DNA of 64,000 nucleotides from Barthelona sp. PCE (Eukaryota). Location: the NCBI GenBank assembly GCA_040285745.1, contig JAUFOR010000005.1:1-64000 (forward strand), in the 5' to 3' direction. Position numbers and translations under genes: made by a program. Each line of letters starts with the position of its first letter. Positions within the stretch are counted from its first letter, which is position 1. Under the pieces are notes generated by a model. The model was not told where the DNA came from, searched no databases, and saw nothing but the letters and a program-made list of their open reading frames with translations. Of the stretch, positions 39,126 to 48,685 are shown in pieces.

Positions 39126-40370
39126 TCATTCTAATACAACGCTGGGATCACGCTGTACTAACGCTATGGACTCAACAAACGTTGATTCCACCCTGCTGCA
39201 GTGCATATTCATAATTGCCATCAAATCATTCTCGTCCAGTTTCCCAGCATTCTGCAAATCATTGATGAGAGGCATTGTGTCATTGGCATACTGCAAAAAC
39301 GTATGAAATATTTCTACATCTTTGCTAAATTCGAAAAAAAAATTCATAAAACAAAACAATGCTTCATATACAGTACCTGATGAGTGATTCTTTGTGTTTT
39401 TAACCATGAACCTGAATATTTGTGTTTTGTAAGCAGATATAGTAGGGCATGTGAACATGTTGGATAAGAGCCAAAATAACTCCCTCAATTCCTGCTCTTT
39501 AAAATCTCTGCTCAACATAAGTAAAGTGAGATCTAGTAATTCGTCAGATGCTTCAATACATGCTACGTTGCCCAAAGTGCGGCACAACGGTGCAAAATAA
39601 ACATAGGAATGTACTACTGAAATGTACGGCAAGAGATCGCTTTTAATCCACTCCTTAATGCTCGTACTATAATTGGTGCCAAAGCATCCAGATCCCACCA
39701 CGTCTAAAAGATAGCTGATACACCATAGGGACGAGGAGGATAACGAAGGTTGGCGCTTCCAGCATTGAAGTATAAAATGGGCAATGGGGTAATAGACATC
39801 GTAGCACAAATTCTTCTTTTTCATTCTAAAAAAGTTTGAAAGAAACCAGATTACTGTTGGGAGATTTTCCAAATCATCTACAAAACACTCAAATATATTA
39901 TTCAATATTTCTACAAAATATCTCATGAACGTCTCCATTTGTTCTTTTTGTACTATTTCATCGCCCATCAAATTCGATAGCAGCCACAGGGCTTGGACAA
40001 ATACCTCCCTCGAAGAATCATCTGGAACTCTTCTATTGTGCACCCAAATCAACACAGCTTTCTCTACAACAGCACTTATTAGCTTATCTTTTCCAGCAGA
40101 TATGTCAGTAAAAGTGGTACCGCTGGCAAGATTGGTCAGAACCCACAGAAGATTTTCTTCGTGCTCACCAATAACTACGTCTGAGTCTAGCCAGCTGACC
40201 AATCGCTCAAGAATCTGGGTGTCAGTGACAACACGACTCTCATCTTGCATCATGAACCTTCGTAATGCTACCAAAAGAGTGGTATCAGGGTGGTTCAAGT
40301 CCAGCACATACTCAAAAGGCGTTTGGACATCGATATAGTCGTCCTCACGTTCGCGCTTTACGGTTGGCAT
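39126..40370 (-). CDS. Divergent importin-alpha-like ARM-repeat protein
   Basis: Repeated W..TN/SN ARM motifs: WVLTNLASGT, QALWLLSNLMGD, WFLSNF, WCISYL, RTLGNV, WLLSN; probable start MPTVKRE. Confidence 0.8.
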   Translation of the reverse strand: MPTVKREREDDYIDVQTPFEYVLDLNHPDTTLLVALRRFMMQDESRVVTDTQILERLVSWLDSDVVIGEHEENLLWVLTNLASGTTFTDISAGKDKLISAVVEKAVLIWVHNRRVPDDSSREVFVQALWLLSNLMGDEIVQKEQMETFMRYFVEILNNIFECFVDDLENLPTVIWFLSNFFRMKKKNLCYDVYYPIAHFILQCWKRQPSLSSSSLWCISYLLDVVGSGCFGTNYSTSIKEWIKSDLLPYISVVHSYVYFAPLCRTLGNVACIEASDELLDLTLLMLSRDFKEQELRELFWLLSNMFTCPTISAYKTQIFRFMVKNTKNHSSGTVYEALFCFMNFFFEFSKDVEIFHTFLQYANDTMPLINDLQNAGKLDENDLMAIMNMHCSRVESTFVESIALVQRDPSVVLE

Positions 40371-40457
40371 CGTGTGAATCAGGAAAATCTGATGAGAATT
40401 AGGCTGAAAATTTGGAAACAGAAGTTTTAACGCGTTCCAGCGGCCAGCACCGCATAC

Positions 40458-40789
40458 AGTGGTGTTTACTGAATGTTTATGCATGTACAATGAAGCACGT
40501 CCCAAAAGGCGGCTGCTGCGAGCCGTACCCACAACGCAGCAAAAAAGTGCCCCACAATCAAAACAATGCCCTCACGCGTCCAAAATCTTACGTTTCACGC
40601 GCTACAAGTCCCTGCGAACCACATCAATAAATCTGTGAGGGGATAGAAATGCGAATGCTGTTCTGTTTCACATTCTCGCTTTCTGTTTACGCTTCACGTG
40701 TATTATATCATCTATATATGCTACGTGCAAGCACTAATATTAATATATACATGCTATCTCAATATTCACCTACTTCATCACGGCTATAT
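40458..40789 (+). repeat. Module A copy 3
   Basis: Aligns end to end with 5536-5866 with the same 5' boundary; hairpin stem kept, loop changed. Confidence 0.92.
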
Positions 40790-41235
40790 ATGCCTAGGGT
40801 TCGAAAGTTCGAGGATGACCTTGTCATGCAGGCTTATCCAGAGGGGCAGATGATATTTGAGGGCCAGGGCGTAAGATTGCTTAAGTCAAGAGAAAACATC
40901 AGCCTCATTGAAAGCGCCATTGCAAGGACTTTGCTGGGTATTTAGAGGATACGGGTGAGCCTCTTCAATACACATCTAAGCTGAGAGCTGGAGAATCTTA
41001 CATGATAATTGACGAGCTTTTTGAAGATCGTATTATAACCCATCTTGATATTTTATTGTTTAGTGATATCATGAGCGATGAACATACAAGCAGGAGAATA
41101 CCCTTTCCGTTTCCGATGATCAAAAGTCTATCAAGCAGAATAATTCCGATGGATGAAAACCACCTACTATTCACCATTAATGAAACCGTTAATAACAGGC
41201 GATATTTCCATTGCTACAAATTAAATGTTATAACC
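40790..41235 (+). pseudogene. Truncated, frameshifted copy 3 of the ~700-aa family
   Basis: MPRVRKFEDD start; 4-nt deletion near 40922 shifts the frame; homology stops at ...AATGTTATAACC (41235). Confidence 0.88.
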
Positions 41236-41236
41236 G

Positions 41237-41258
41237 CAACAACAACAACAAAAAAAAA
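41237..41258 (+). repeat. (CAA)n plus A-run at the truncation point of copy 3
   Basis: (CAA)4-C-A9. Confidence 0.85.
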
Positions 41259-41468
41259 CGAACTTCATTTCCATCTCTAACTGATGTTATCACATTTTCT
41301 AACATCGTTACTTCGATTTCTTTACGTATGAGGATCCTTTAACAAATTCTTTCTTAGAAGCTATTGGTAGTCATCACCCTTGCAAAAGACCAGAAAATTT
41401 TCCATCAATACTGAGAACCATAATAAATAGCCAATCTTTTGATGTCCAACTCACATCATTCAACTGTA

Positions 41469-44400
41469 CTACTGAAACTGTTTCATGCGTTCCTGCACCT
41501 GGTCGAGTGTAACTTGCTGTATTTGTGCCACGTTGCAATAACCATGATGCCCGCACGCTGGTGAAAGACAAGCAAAACAAAAATCACGAGCGCATGTAGA
41601 ACATTTCATGCTCTTGCATGCGCCTCCATGTTCGATAGGTGTCAGACAATTTGGGCAAATGCGCACAGAAGGCACATTTTCAATTTGGTTAAACTCAATT
41701 GTTATGAGTGGTGCATTTTGTAAGCGGTTGTTAAGTTCGTCGATATCATCTTTGTTCCACTGCGATAGACTTTGTGTTATAAGGAGTTTGAACTCATTCG
41801 GCAGAATACCTCGGATGGCAAGCGGAAGCCCTTCACGTACGCGCATAACACTGTTAGGCAATCTAAGTGTATGATCACAGAGGGAGACTGATGGTAGCAT
41901 GTTGTCAGCAGGCTGCAGAATTACAGTGAACGGGTTTAATTCAGATGAGCTGTTGAGCCAGTATACGAACTGAAGTAAATCAAGTGAGTTGAATCCCTGC
42001 ATCAGCTTACTAATAACATCACGTATATCGTTGGGCACCTCATCATTATAGTCAAGGGTGGAAAGGACCTGTTCAGCAGTAAAACGAGGAGGGCCACACA
42101 TAATTGACTTAATCTCAACGAAAGTTAGTGTGACTCCCAGTTGCGAAGTAAGTTCGTGCGAGTTGAATGTTGCGTTTATCTTGTTCGAAAGATCAACCCA
42201 AGGACATGAAACCATGTCACGTGCGAGCTGCATGAATTCTTCGATGTTGTCAGCTGTTACGGGCCGTTCCTCACCTCCGAAACAGTTGAAGTTCAGGTCA
42301 TCGTGCTTCAGCATGTTGAGAATGTACGCTGATTCGGTTGGGAATACCCTGTCAAAGACTGTTGCATCGGAAAGCTTGTCGAAGTCACCACTGATTGCGT
42401 TAAGCACGAACTGTCCCACCTGCACGTCGTCAACGGGTATCTGAAACACGAAACAACAATACAAAAAACCACAAATAGCATCTATTAGATCATCTGATGA
42501 TGATATTTTGATCTGAGGCAAAGAACGATACTCAAAAACATGGTCCACAAAATGAGCAAGAGATAGTTGTTCCATACCATGTAACTTAATAGTTGCGCCG
42601 AAATATTCAGCACTGTTCATGAATAGGTCTACATCGCCAAATACCCTCAAGAAAAAATCGTCAAAGGTTACCCCAGTTTGTACAAACTTCATTATATTTC
42701 CATCTCGCTCGTTATCGCGCAATAGCGCATGTTTAGCAACGACAAATTGGTTGATCTGGAGATTAATCAATGACAGGCGGTCATGTGTTATCGTATTAGT
42801 TCGCCATTCATGACAGCTCAGCTCATAGATAGATGGTCTTAAACGAGCATCGTGGGCTTGACAGCGTTGGATGATTTCAGAGTGTGCACAGTCATTATGC
42901 AAGATTAAATTTGAAATATCACTTCTGTCTTTAGCGAAAATATACCCAACGGTTTTTCCTAGTGAAAATATATCGCTCAAAAACGTGTGAGGCTGACCTT
43001 CTGTAACCTCCCTTGCCATATAACCGATAGTACCAACCATAGTACCACCCATAGTATGATTATTTGAGATACTGACACCAAAGTCACACATTTTGAGTTT
43101 GGGATTGGATCCATCCTCATTACAGAAGACAAGGACGTTCTGGGGCTTGAGGTCTCGCAGGATGATACCAGTGGCATGCATCATGAACACAGCCATCACT
43201 AACTGGTGAGCTAAAGTATTTCTAATTGAAAGATGGAGATCAGGGAAAGATCTAAGATATTGCTCAAGATCATATTGTGCATGCTCAAGCTCGATACAAA
43301 CGAACTTTAGTTTAACAGAACCCCGCTTAACCTCAGGAACGAATACCACATTTTTGAGTGCAACAGCAAATGGGTGAAGCTTGGTTAACACACGTAGCTC
43401 TCTTCGCAATGCCTTAAGATTAAAGTTCAGACTTTCTTCTGATAATCTTTTTGATACACATATACATTTGATAAACCGATCATTTTTCCTCTTAATTCCA
43501 TTGTTCAAACCGAAATCTTCCAGATCACCATTCAAATAACTATTAAAACTAATGATTTTTGGTAAGGTGGGAAACCTGATGGAAGATAGATGAAGCTCCT
43601 CTAAAGTTGCTGTCAGATCGACAGCAAGAGAGAACTCACAAATCAAATCATCAATCAATTTCAGATTGTTTTCAGATGTGGATAACAAATCTTGCTTTGC
43701 TCTCTCAAAATGTACGGTTTCACATGCGACGATGTCCACCCGATGTCGCTCTATTTGATCTCTTAACGAATAAAGCAAATCAAAATCAAACGGAGCAGGT
43801 TCTTCATCCTTTCCCAATGCTTCTCTGAATTCAAAAATTTGCTCAGAAATCTCGACCACATGTTTAGAACTTTTAATCAACGATGCGTTTTTATCCATTA
43901 ACAATGTAATAGAATTATGTATTCTATTTAACTCAATATCTATGCAATTATTAAAAACAATAAAATAAGCATCTAATTCCTCAAGTTCCTCCAACTTAGC
44001 AACATAAAGGTCCTCATTAAGTTCTTCTGCAATTGGAAATTCTTTAATTATGTCAGCAAAATAATTTGCATAAGTTGTACTCAAAGTATTTCTCAGATCA
44101 TAATCTTTAATTATTATATCTATACCATTAACAAATTCAAAAGTCATATCTAGATCATCAAGATGTTCTTCCATAGTTTCAACTTTAGGATTTGATGATA
44201 ACCATTTAAAAAAAGATTTTTGAGGTACATTCAGTTGTTTAATTGAGGTTGCACACTCATCAATTCGTTCTGTTAATGCAACAAACTCCGCATTACCCGT
44301 ATCAGGCACAATCTTGCTTAATGTATCTAGTATTATTTGTATCTTATTATTCAATTTTGATATCTTATTATTCATTTTTGATATCTTCAAATCAGTTTGA

Positions 44401-44627
44401 GATTTATATACTTGGTGTTCAATTTTTTCATTTTCAAATTCTTTTTTCAAATCTTCTTTCTCTTTAGATAAATTTAGTATGTCTAGTGCATTTTCATCAG
44501 AAAATTCAACAATTACTTCATATAGTTCAGATTTGACTTTTCCAATTGCAACACTTGTTTGTGCAAATTTTTTGTCAACCATAGTTTCATCATCATTACT
44601 GAAATTTGAAGAACCATAATTATTCAT
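41469..44627 (-). CDS. Coiled-coil + protein kinase + HECT-like + RBR RING2/IBR-like fusion protein
   Basis: Kinase LRDLKPQN, DFG, GTIGYMARE, DIFSLG; HECT-like GGEERPVTADNIEEF, LLQFV, LPSVSLCDHTLRLP; CPNC..PIEHGGACKSMKC..C..DFCFAC. Confidence 0.8.
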   Translation of the reverse strand: MNNYGSSNFSNDDETMVDKKFAQTSVAIGKVKSELYEVIVEFSDENALDILNLSKEKEDLKKEFENEKIEHQVYKSQTDLKISKMNNKISKLNNKIQIILDTLSKIVPDTGNAEFVALTERIDECATSIKQLNVPQKSFFKWLSSNPKVETMEEHLDDLDMTFEFVNGIDIIIKDYDLRNTLSTTYANYFADIIKEFPIAEELNEDLYVAKLEELEELDAYFIVFNNCIDIELNRIHNSITLLMDKNASLIKSSKHVVEISEQIFEFREALGKDEEPAPFDFDLLYSLRDQIERHRVDIVACETVHFERAKQDLLSTSENNLKLIDDLICEFSLAVDLTATLEELHLSSIRFPTLPKIISFNSYLNGDLEDFGLNNGIKRKNDRFIKCICVSKRLSEESLNFNLKALRRELRVLTKLHPFAVALKNVVFVPEVKRGSVKLKFVCIELEHAQYDLEQYLRSFPDLHLSIRNTLAHQLVMAVFMMHATGIILRDLKPQNVLVFCNEDGSNPKLKMCDFGVSISNNHTMGGTMVGTIGYMAREVTEGQPHTFLSDIFSLGKTVGYIFAKDRSDISNLILHNDCAHSEIIQRCQAHDARLRPSIYELSCHEWRTNTITHDRLSLINLQINQFVVAKHALLRDNERDGNIMKFVQTGVTFDDFFLRVFGDVDLFMNSAEYFGATIKLHGMEQLSLAHFVDHVFEYRSLPQIKISSSDDLIDAICGFLYCCFVFQIPVDDVQVGQFVLNAISGDFDKLSDATVFDRVFPTESAYILNMLKHDDLNFNCFGGEERPVTADNIEEFMQLARDMVSCPWVDLSNKINATFNSHELTSQLGVTLTFVEIKSIMCGPPRFTAEQVLSTLDYNDEVPNDIRDVISKLMQGFNSLDLLQFVYWLNSSSELNPFTVILQPADNMLPSVSLCDHTLRLPNSVMRVREGLPLAIRGILPNEFKLLITQSLSQWNKDDIDELNNRLQNAPLITIEFNQIENVPSVRICPNCLTPIEHGGACKSMKCSTCARDFCFACLSPACGHHGYCNVAQIQQVTLDQVQERMKQFQ

Positions 44628-44754
44628 CTGTTTAGGTTTCAATAAGGTATGAGTCCTACTGCTTCTTCGTCCCACCGTTTTTCGCATAATGAAAGAGAGA
44701 AAGATAATGAAAACGTGTTATTCGTTGTATATCCTCTTTAAGTAGGCAGTTATC

Positions 44755-46128
44755 ATGAACGTAACGGGCACACTGGGCAAAACAGCTGCAGCATGGCGGA
44801 TATTCATAAACAATGTAGGCAGCACAGGATTTTGGTTATTGTTTAGCTTTGTTTTATTATTTTTTGTTTGTTTCACAGTGTATCTCCTATGTGATAGGCA
44901 TAGGGTCGTCACAACATATTATTGTGGTGTTTCCGGATTTTTCTACACACTTTTAAGTATTCAACATCCATTATTACATTTCCCATTATTAGAGGTGGAT
45001 ATTGCAGTTTCATTACACATATCTGTGTATCTTACAATCTTATTAAGCGGCGTAGTATCAAAGAAAGGTGATAATTGGATAGTTCGAGGTTTGACATTCC
45101 CTGGATACTTTTTTATCAATACTTCTTTGTTATGGCTTGTTCTACTCCCGCTCACCGTATTCCTCCCAGAGATTACTATCATGATTAGTGTTTCGCTTGG
45201 TGGGTACGGTTTCTTCCAGGCTATAAATGTAAGTTATGAAAAAGTTACACTTTTACTTGATCAAACAATTGCATATCCCTCCTTACAGCGGCTAAAGACA
45301 AACATTGGAAGACAACACGATCCAAAGAAGCCTACTGAAGAAACAAAATCACCATTATTAGAAATTTTACATTTAGCTGATTTAGATGTTGGTCCATTTC
45401 TTTCATGTAAGCGTTGTGCTAGAACAATCGCAAAGATGTTGGTATTAAAACCTGATATGGTTGTTTTTACTGGAGATCTTGCAAGTCCAATGATGTCACA
45501 ATCTCGTTCTTTACATAAAGCTCTTGTTCCTCTAAAATCATATAATGGTCCGAAATATGCGGTGTTGGGTAACAAAGATCATTATAATAAGAAAAAAGTG
45601 ATTCAAGCTCTTGAAACAGTTGGTTTTATTGTGTTAAGTGATTCAGAAGACGTTGTTTCAATCACACGAAAGGATGGAACAGATATCAACGTCCAGGTTC
45701 TCGGATCGGCATTTCACACCAGTGATCCTCAATTGAAAATTAGAAGGTTATGCAAAACTCATGCACCTAAACATGAACATTTTAGATTATTACTCAGTCA
45801 TACACCTGAGCTATTCCACCACCTAAGCGGCTACAAGCACCTGAACCAGGCTGCATCCCAGAGCATCCCATCTCAAAAAAGAGGTCGTTTTCTTATTCAA
45901 GGTGATGCTGGCACTGGTTGTGATTTAGTTTTAGCAGGTCATACACATGGTGGTTTCTGGGGTCTGTCTTCCCTATTCAATGCCATCAACTTGGTCAGTA
46001 AGATTCCATCTCGTGGTTTTTGGGCGAATGGTACTTCACGGATGTACGTTTCAAGAGGATTGGGTTGTTGTGGTGCTCCAATGCGGTTGGGCATCTCCCC
46101 AGAGATATCGTTGCTCTCAATACAATAG
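44755..46128 (+). CDS. Membrane-anchored calcineurin-like metallophosphoesterase (YkuE/TMPPE-like)
   Basis: N-terminal TMs; HLADL, FTGDL, VLGN, LLSH.P, LAGHTHGG, YVSRGLG...P.RLG..PEI. Confidence 0.85.
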   Translation: MNVTGTLGKTAAAWRIFINNVGSTGFWLLFSFVLLFFVCFTVYLLCDRHRVVTTYYCGVSGFFYTLLSIQHPLLHFPLLEVDIAVSLHISVYLTILLSGVVSKKGDNWIVRGLTFPGYFFINTSLLWLVLLPLTVFLPEITIMISVSLGGYGFFQAINVSYEKVTLLLDQTIAYPSLQRLKTNIGRQHDPKKPTEETKSPLLEILHLADLDVGPFLSCKRCARTIAKMLVLKPDMVVFTGDLASPMMSQSRSLHKALVPLKSYNGPKYAVLGNKDHYNKKKVIQALETVGFIVLSDSEDVVSITRKDGTDINVQVLGSAFHTSDPQLKIRRLCKTHAPKHEHFRLLLSHTPELFHHLSGYKHLNQAASQSIPSQKRGRFLIQGDAGTGCDLVLAGHTHGGFWGLSSLFNAINLVSKIPSRGFWANGTSRMYVSRGLGCCGAPMRLGISPEISLLSIQ

Positions 46129-46226
46129 GTTATATCATTATAATCAATAAAAACACAAACAGAAAAATTTTTTTGCTTAACATTTTTTCACCATTTTCAC
46201 ATTTGCTGATCTGAATCACAGGAAAA

Positions 46227-47768
46227 ATGAACAGCATATACCTTTTTGGAAGGAAAGTGAGTACATGGAACAATGATGTGCATCAAAAACGATATACTTT
46301 GAACAAAGCCATGTACGGGATTTGCAAAGATGATATTCCCAAGGAACTACACAATTGTGAAGATTTCACTATTGTAGAAATAGTATTCTCAAATGTTGTG
46401 AACTTTGACACCCAAGTCCTACCTCGTTTACAGGCCTATGGAAAAGTTATGTTCACTTTCCAGCACATTAGGACACAGGACGCTCAGGGATATCTTGTGC
46501 AGTATGAAGATATTATTGGAGCAGCAACTTGTTTTGACAATTGTGCAGATATGGAATGTTTAGTATTAATGAACAATGATTTGGGCGAATTAGGTCTCGA
46601 CCAAAGAGATTCATGGTTAGAACATCCTCGTACAAGCCTTTTTATAGGTTGGGCAGAACGACCAGAGTTAGATGAAGCAGGTTTAATGGAATATATAGCT
46701 CAAAAGATTGGAGTATACTGTAAGACAATTAGGCTTCCACGCGAGAGATCAAATGCTTTTCTTGATTTTAATAATACAAAGGATTGTTGCACAGTATATA
46801 AGCATTTAAGTAAGACACATAATTTATATACACCTTTACCAAAGGTACAATTCTATACGTTAGGGCTTTTATCACACCCTATCCTCGGCCCACAACTGAA
46901 GTATGCTGATGGTAAACCACGTAAGCAACACAGTGAAAATATGGGGAGGATAGCATTGTTTTTGGGTGATCATCACGATATGACAGAAGAAGATCTTTAT
47001 GATTTGTTTAACAAGTATCCAGGGTTTACACGTGTGAAATGTAAGCGGTTTGTTGAGTATGATTCTTTAGGTGATGCACGTCATGCGTTTATCGAGTTAT
47101 ATGAAATGTTCAAGGTTAGAAATCTTAAATTGCAGTGGGCTGAGACTAGTAATCAGCCTTCTATCCATGATAAAGATTTTGAAAACACAGGTCGTGGCGG
47201 TAATATGCGTAGGAGTCATTCTGGTCATGTTAGTAATGATTTATGTGAGTTATATTGGCGTTGTGAACATAGTATCTCTGAGGATAAGCTCAAGATTATT
47301 CTTCGAAATCCAAAAGATATAACTCGTATGAAACTCGCCAATGATCGTGGTTGGGCACGTTATGACACGCATATGGATGCAGAAGCAGTACTGACACAAG
47401 TTGATGGTCGGTCAATCGAGGGTAGTGGATGGATCATCCAGTGGAAGAAGAAGAAGACACGTAGGAGTCGTGGTAATAGTCATGGTGGAATGCCTTATAA
47501 ACAACAGTATACTGATTATGGTCCTCAATATACTCATGCGCAATATCCTATGTATGAATACAGACAGCGTAATAATTATCGCCAGGGTCGTAACAACGGA
47601 TATCCGCCTCACAATCACCATCATCAACCCCATCATCAACCTCACTATCATCAGTATCAGGCACCTCCTCATTATGGTCAACCTCAACATCATCATCATC
47701 AACAGCAGCAACACCAACACCAGCCTCCACACCAGCCTCAACATCAACACCAGCAGTACTACCAATAA
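46227..47768 (+). CDS. Multi-RRM-like RNA-binding protein with Q/H/P/Y-rich tail
   Basis: RRM-like blocks (SLFIG..NAFLDF, ALFLG..FVEYDS, GWARYD) and low-complexity C-terminus. Confidence 0.75.
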   Translation: MNSIYLFGRKVSTWNNDVHQKRYTLNKAMYGICKDDIPKELHNCEDFTIVEIVFSNVVNFDTQVLPRLQAYGKVMFTFQHIRTQDAQGYLVQYEDIIGAATCFDNCADMECLVLMNNDLGELGLDQRDSWLEHPRTSLFIGWAERPELDEAGLMEYIAQKIGVYCKTIRLPRERSNAFLDFNNTKDCCTVYKHLSKTHNLYTPLPKVQFYTLGLLSHPILGPQLKYADGKPRKQHSENMGRIALFLGDHHDMTEEDLYDLFNKYPGFTRVKCKRFVEYDSLGDARHAFIELYEMFKVRNLKLQWAETSNQPSIHDKDFENTGRGGNMRRSHSGHVSNDLCELYWRCEHSISEDKLKIILRNPKDITRMKLANDRGWARYDTHMDAEAVLTQVDGRSIEGSGWIIQWKKKKTRRSRGNSHGGMPYKQQYTDYGPQYTHAQYPMYEYRQRNNYRQGRNNGYPPHNHHHQPHHQPHYHQYQAPPHYGQPQHHHHQQQQHQHQPPHQPQHQHQQYYQ

Positions 47769-47922
47769 ATATGGCACCAGTTTTTTTTTTAAGACGATGT
47801 AAAAGGTTTCAACATTTTCTTACAGTGAACAAGTGGTTTTGTCGATGTGTTAAACACTGAATCATTCTTACTTTTAACAAAAATACTTGTTAAGGTTTTT
47901 CATCCCTTTCTCAACATATATT

Positions 47923-48336
47923 ATGAGTTTGATCGCCAGACCTAATTTCGCTACATTGGCATTCCCCACGTTGAAGCGTCCTTCCAAAAAGCTGTTGCTT
48001 ATCGCATTTGTGGTGGTATTTTTCCTTGTTACTGGTTCTACCGTATACAATATCATCATTTCTCCACCTTCAATTGGTTCCGAGAACGTAGGGGGCAAGC
48101 AGAAGCCCGTTACAGTTATGAAGAGGCTTAATGCAGCTTATATCATTGAATCATACACTGCTAGTACAATGTTCTGTCTTTGTGCATTGGGTATTGTGTT
48201 GGTGTACCTATCGATGAAGCCTGATCAAGAGAATGCTTCATTCTTGTTGACTGCAGGTGCTATGATGTGTTTGATTGGTTTTTCAGTGTTGATGGTCTTT
48301 TTGAAGATTAAGGTTCCTGGATACCTTAAGCGCTAG
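47923..48336 (+). CDS. OSTC: Oligosaccharyltransferase subunit OSTC/DC2
   Basis: FFLVTG..YNII.SPPSIGS, R.N..YIIE, FLKIK.PGYL. Confidence 0.88.
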   Translation: MSLIARPNFATLAFPTLKRPSKKLLLIAFVVVFFLVTGSTVYNIIISPPSIGSENVGGKQKPVTVMKRLNAAYIIESYTASTMFCLCALGIVLVYLSMKPDQENASFLLTAGAMMCLIGFSVLMVFLKIKVPGYLKR

Positions 48337-48685
48337 TTAAGTAGAATAAATGTGAATTGTACCACACAATGATTATGTAAAGATATCACTTTGGATTCAT
48401 CTTCAGGTTTTTACTACAAAACGTAAATAGCCAAAAAGAGCACAGATGACCGATCTTCATTGAGCCAATCCTACCTAAATAGACCACTAAACTGCAAGGT
48501 ATACTTAAACTCCAACAAATCTCAAAATTGGAGAATATTTGCGAATTCTACACAAAAAAATTCAGTTTATATGGGTCTAAACGATGTGAATCGACCACGG
48601 TTCATTTTTTATTAGCTTTTTAAGTGAACTACAAGAAAATACTTGTTTCGTCAATTTTGACTCATTTCAGCCAAAATTTTTCACA

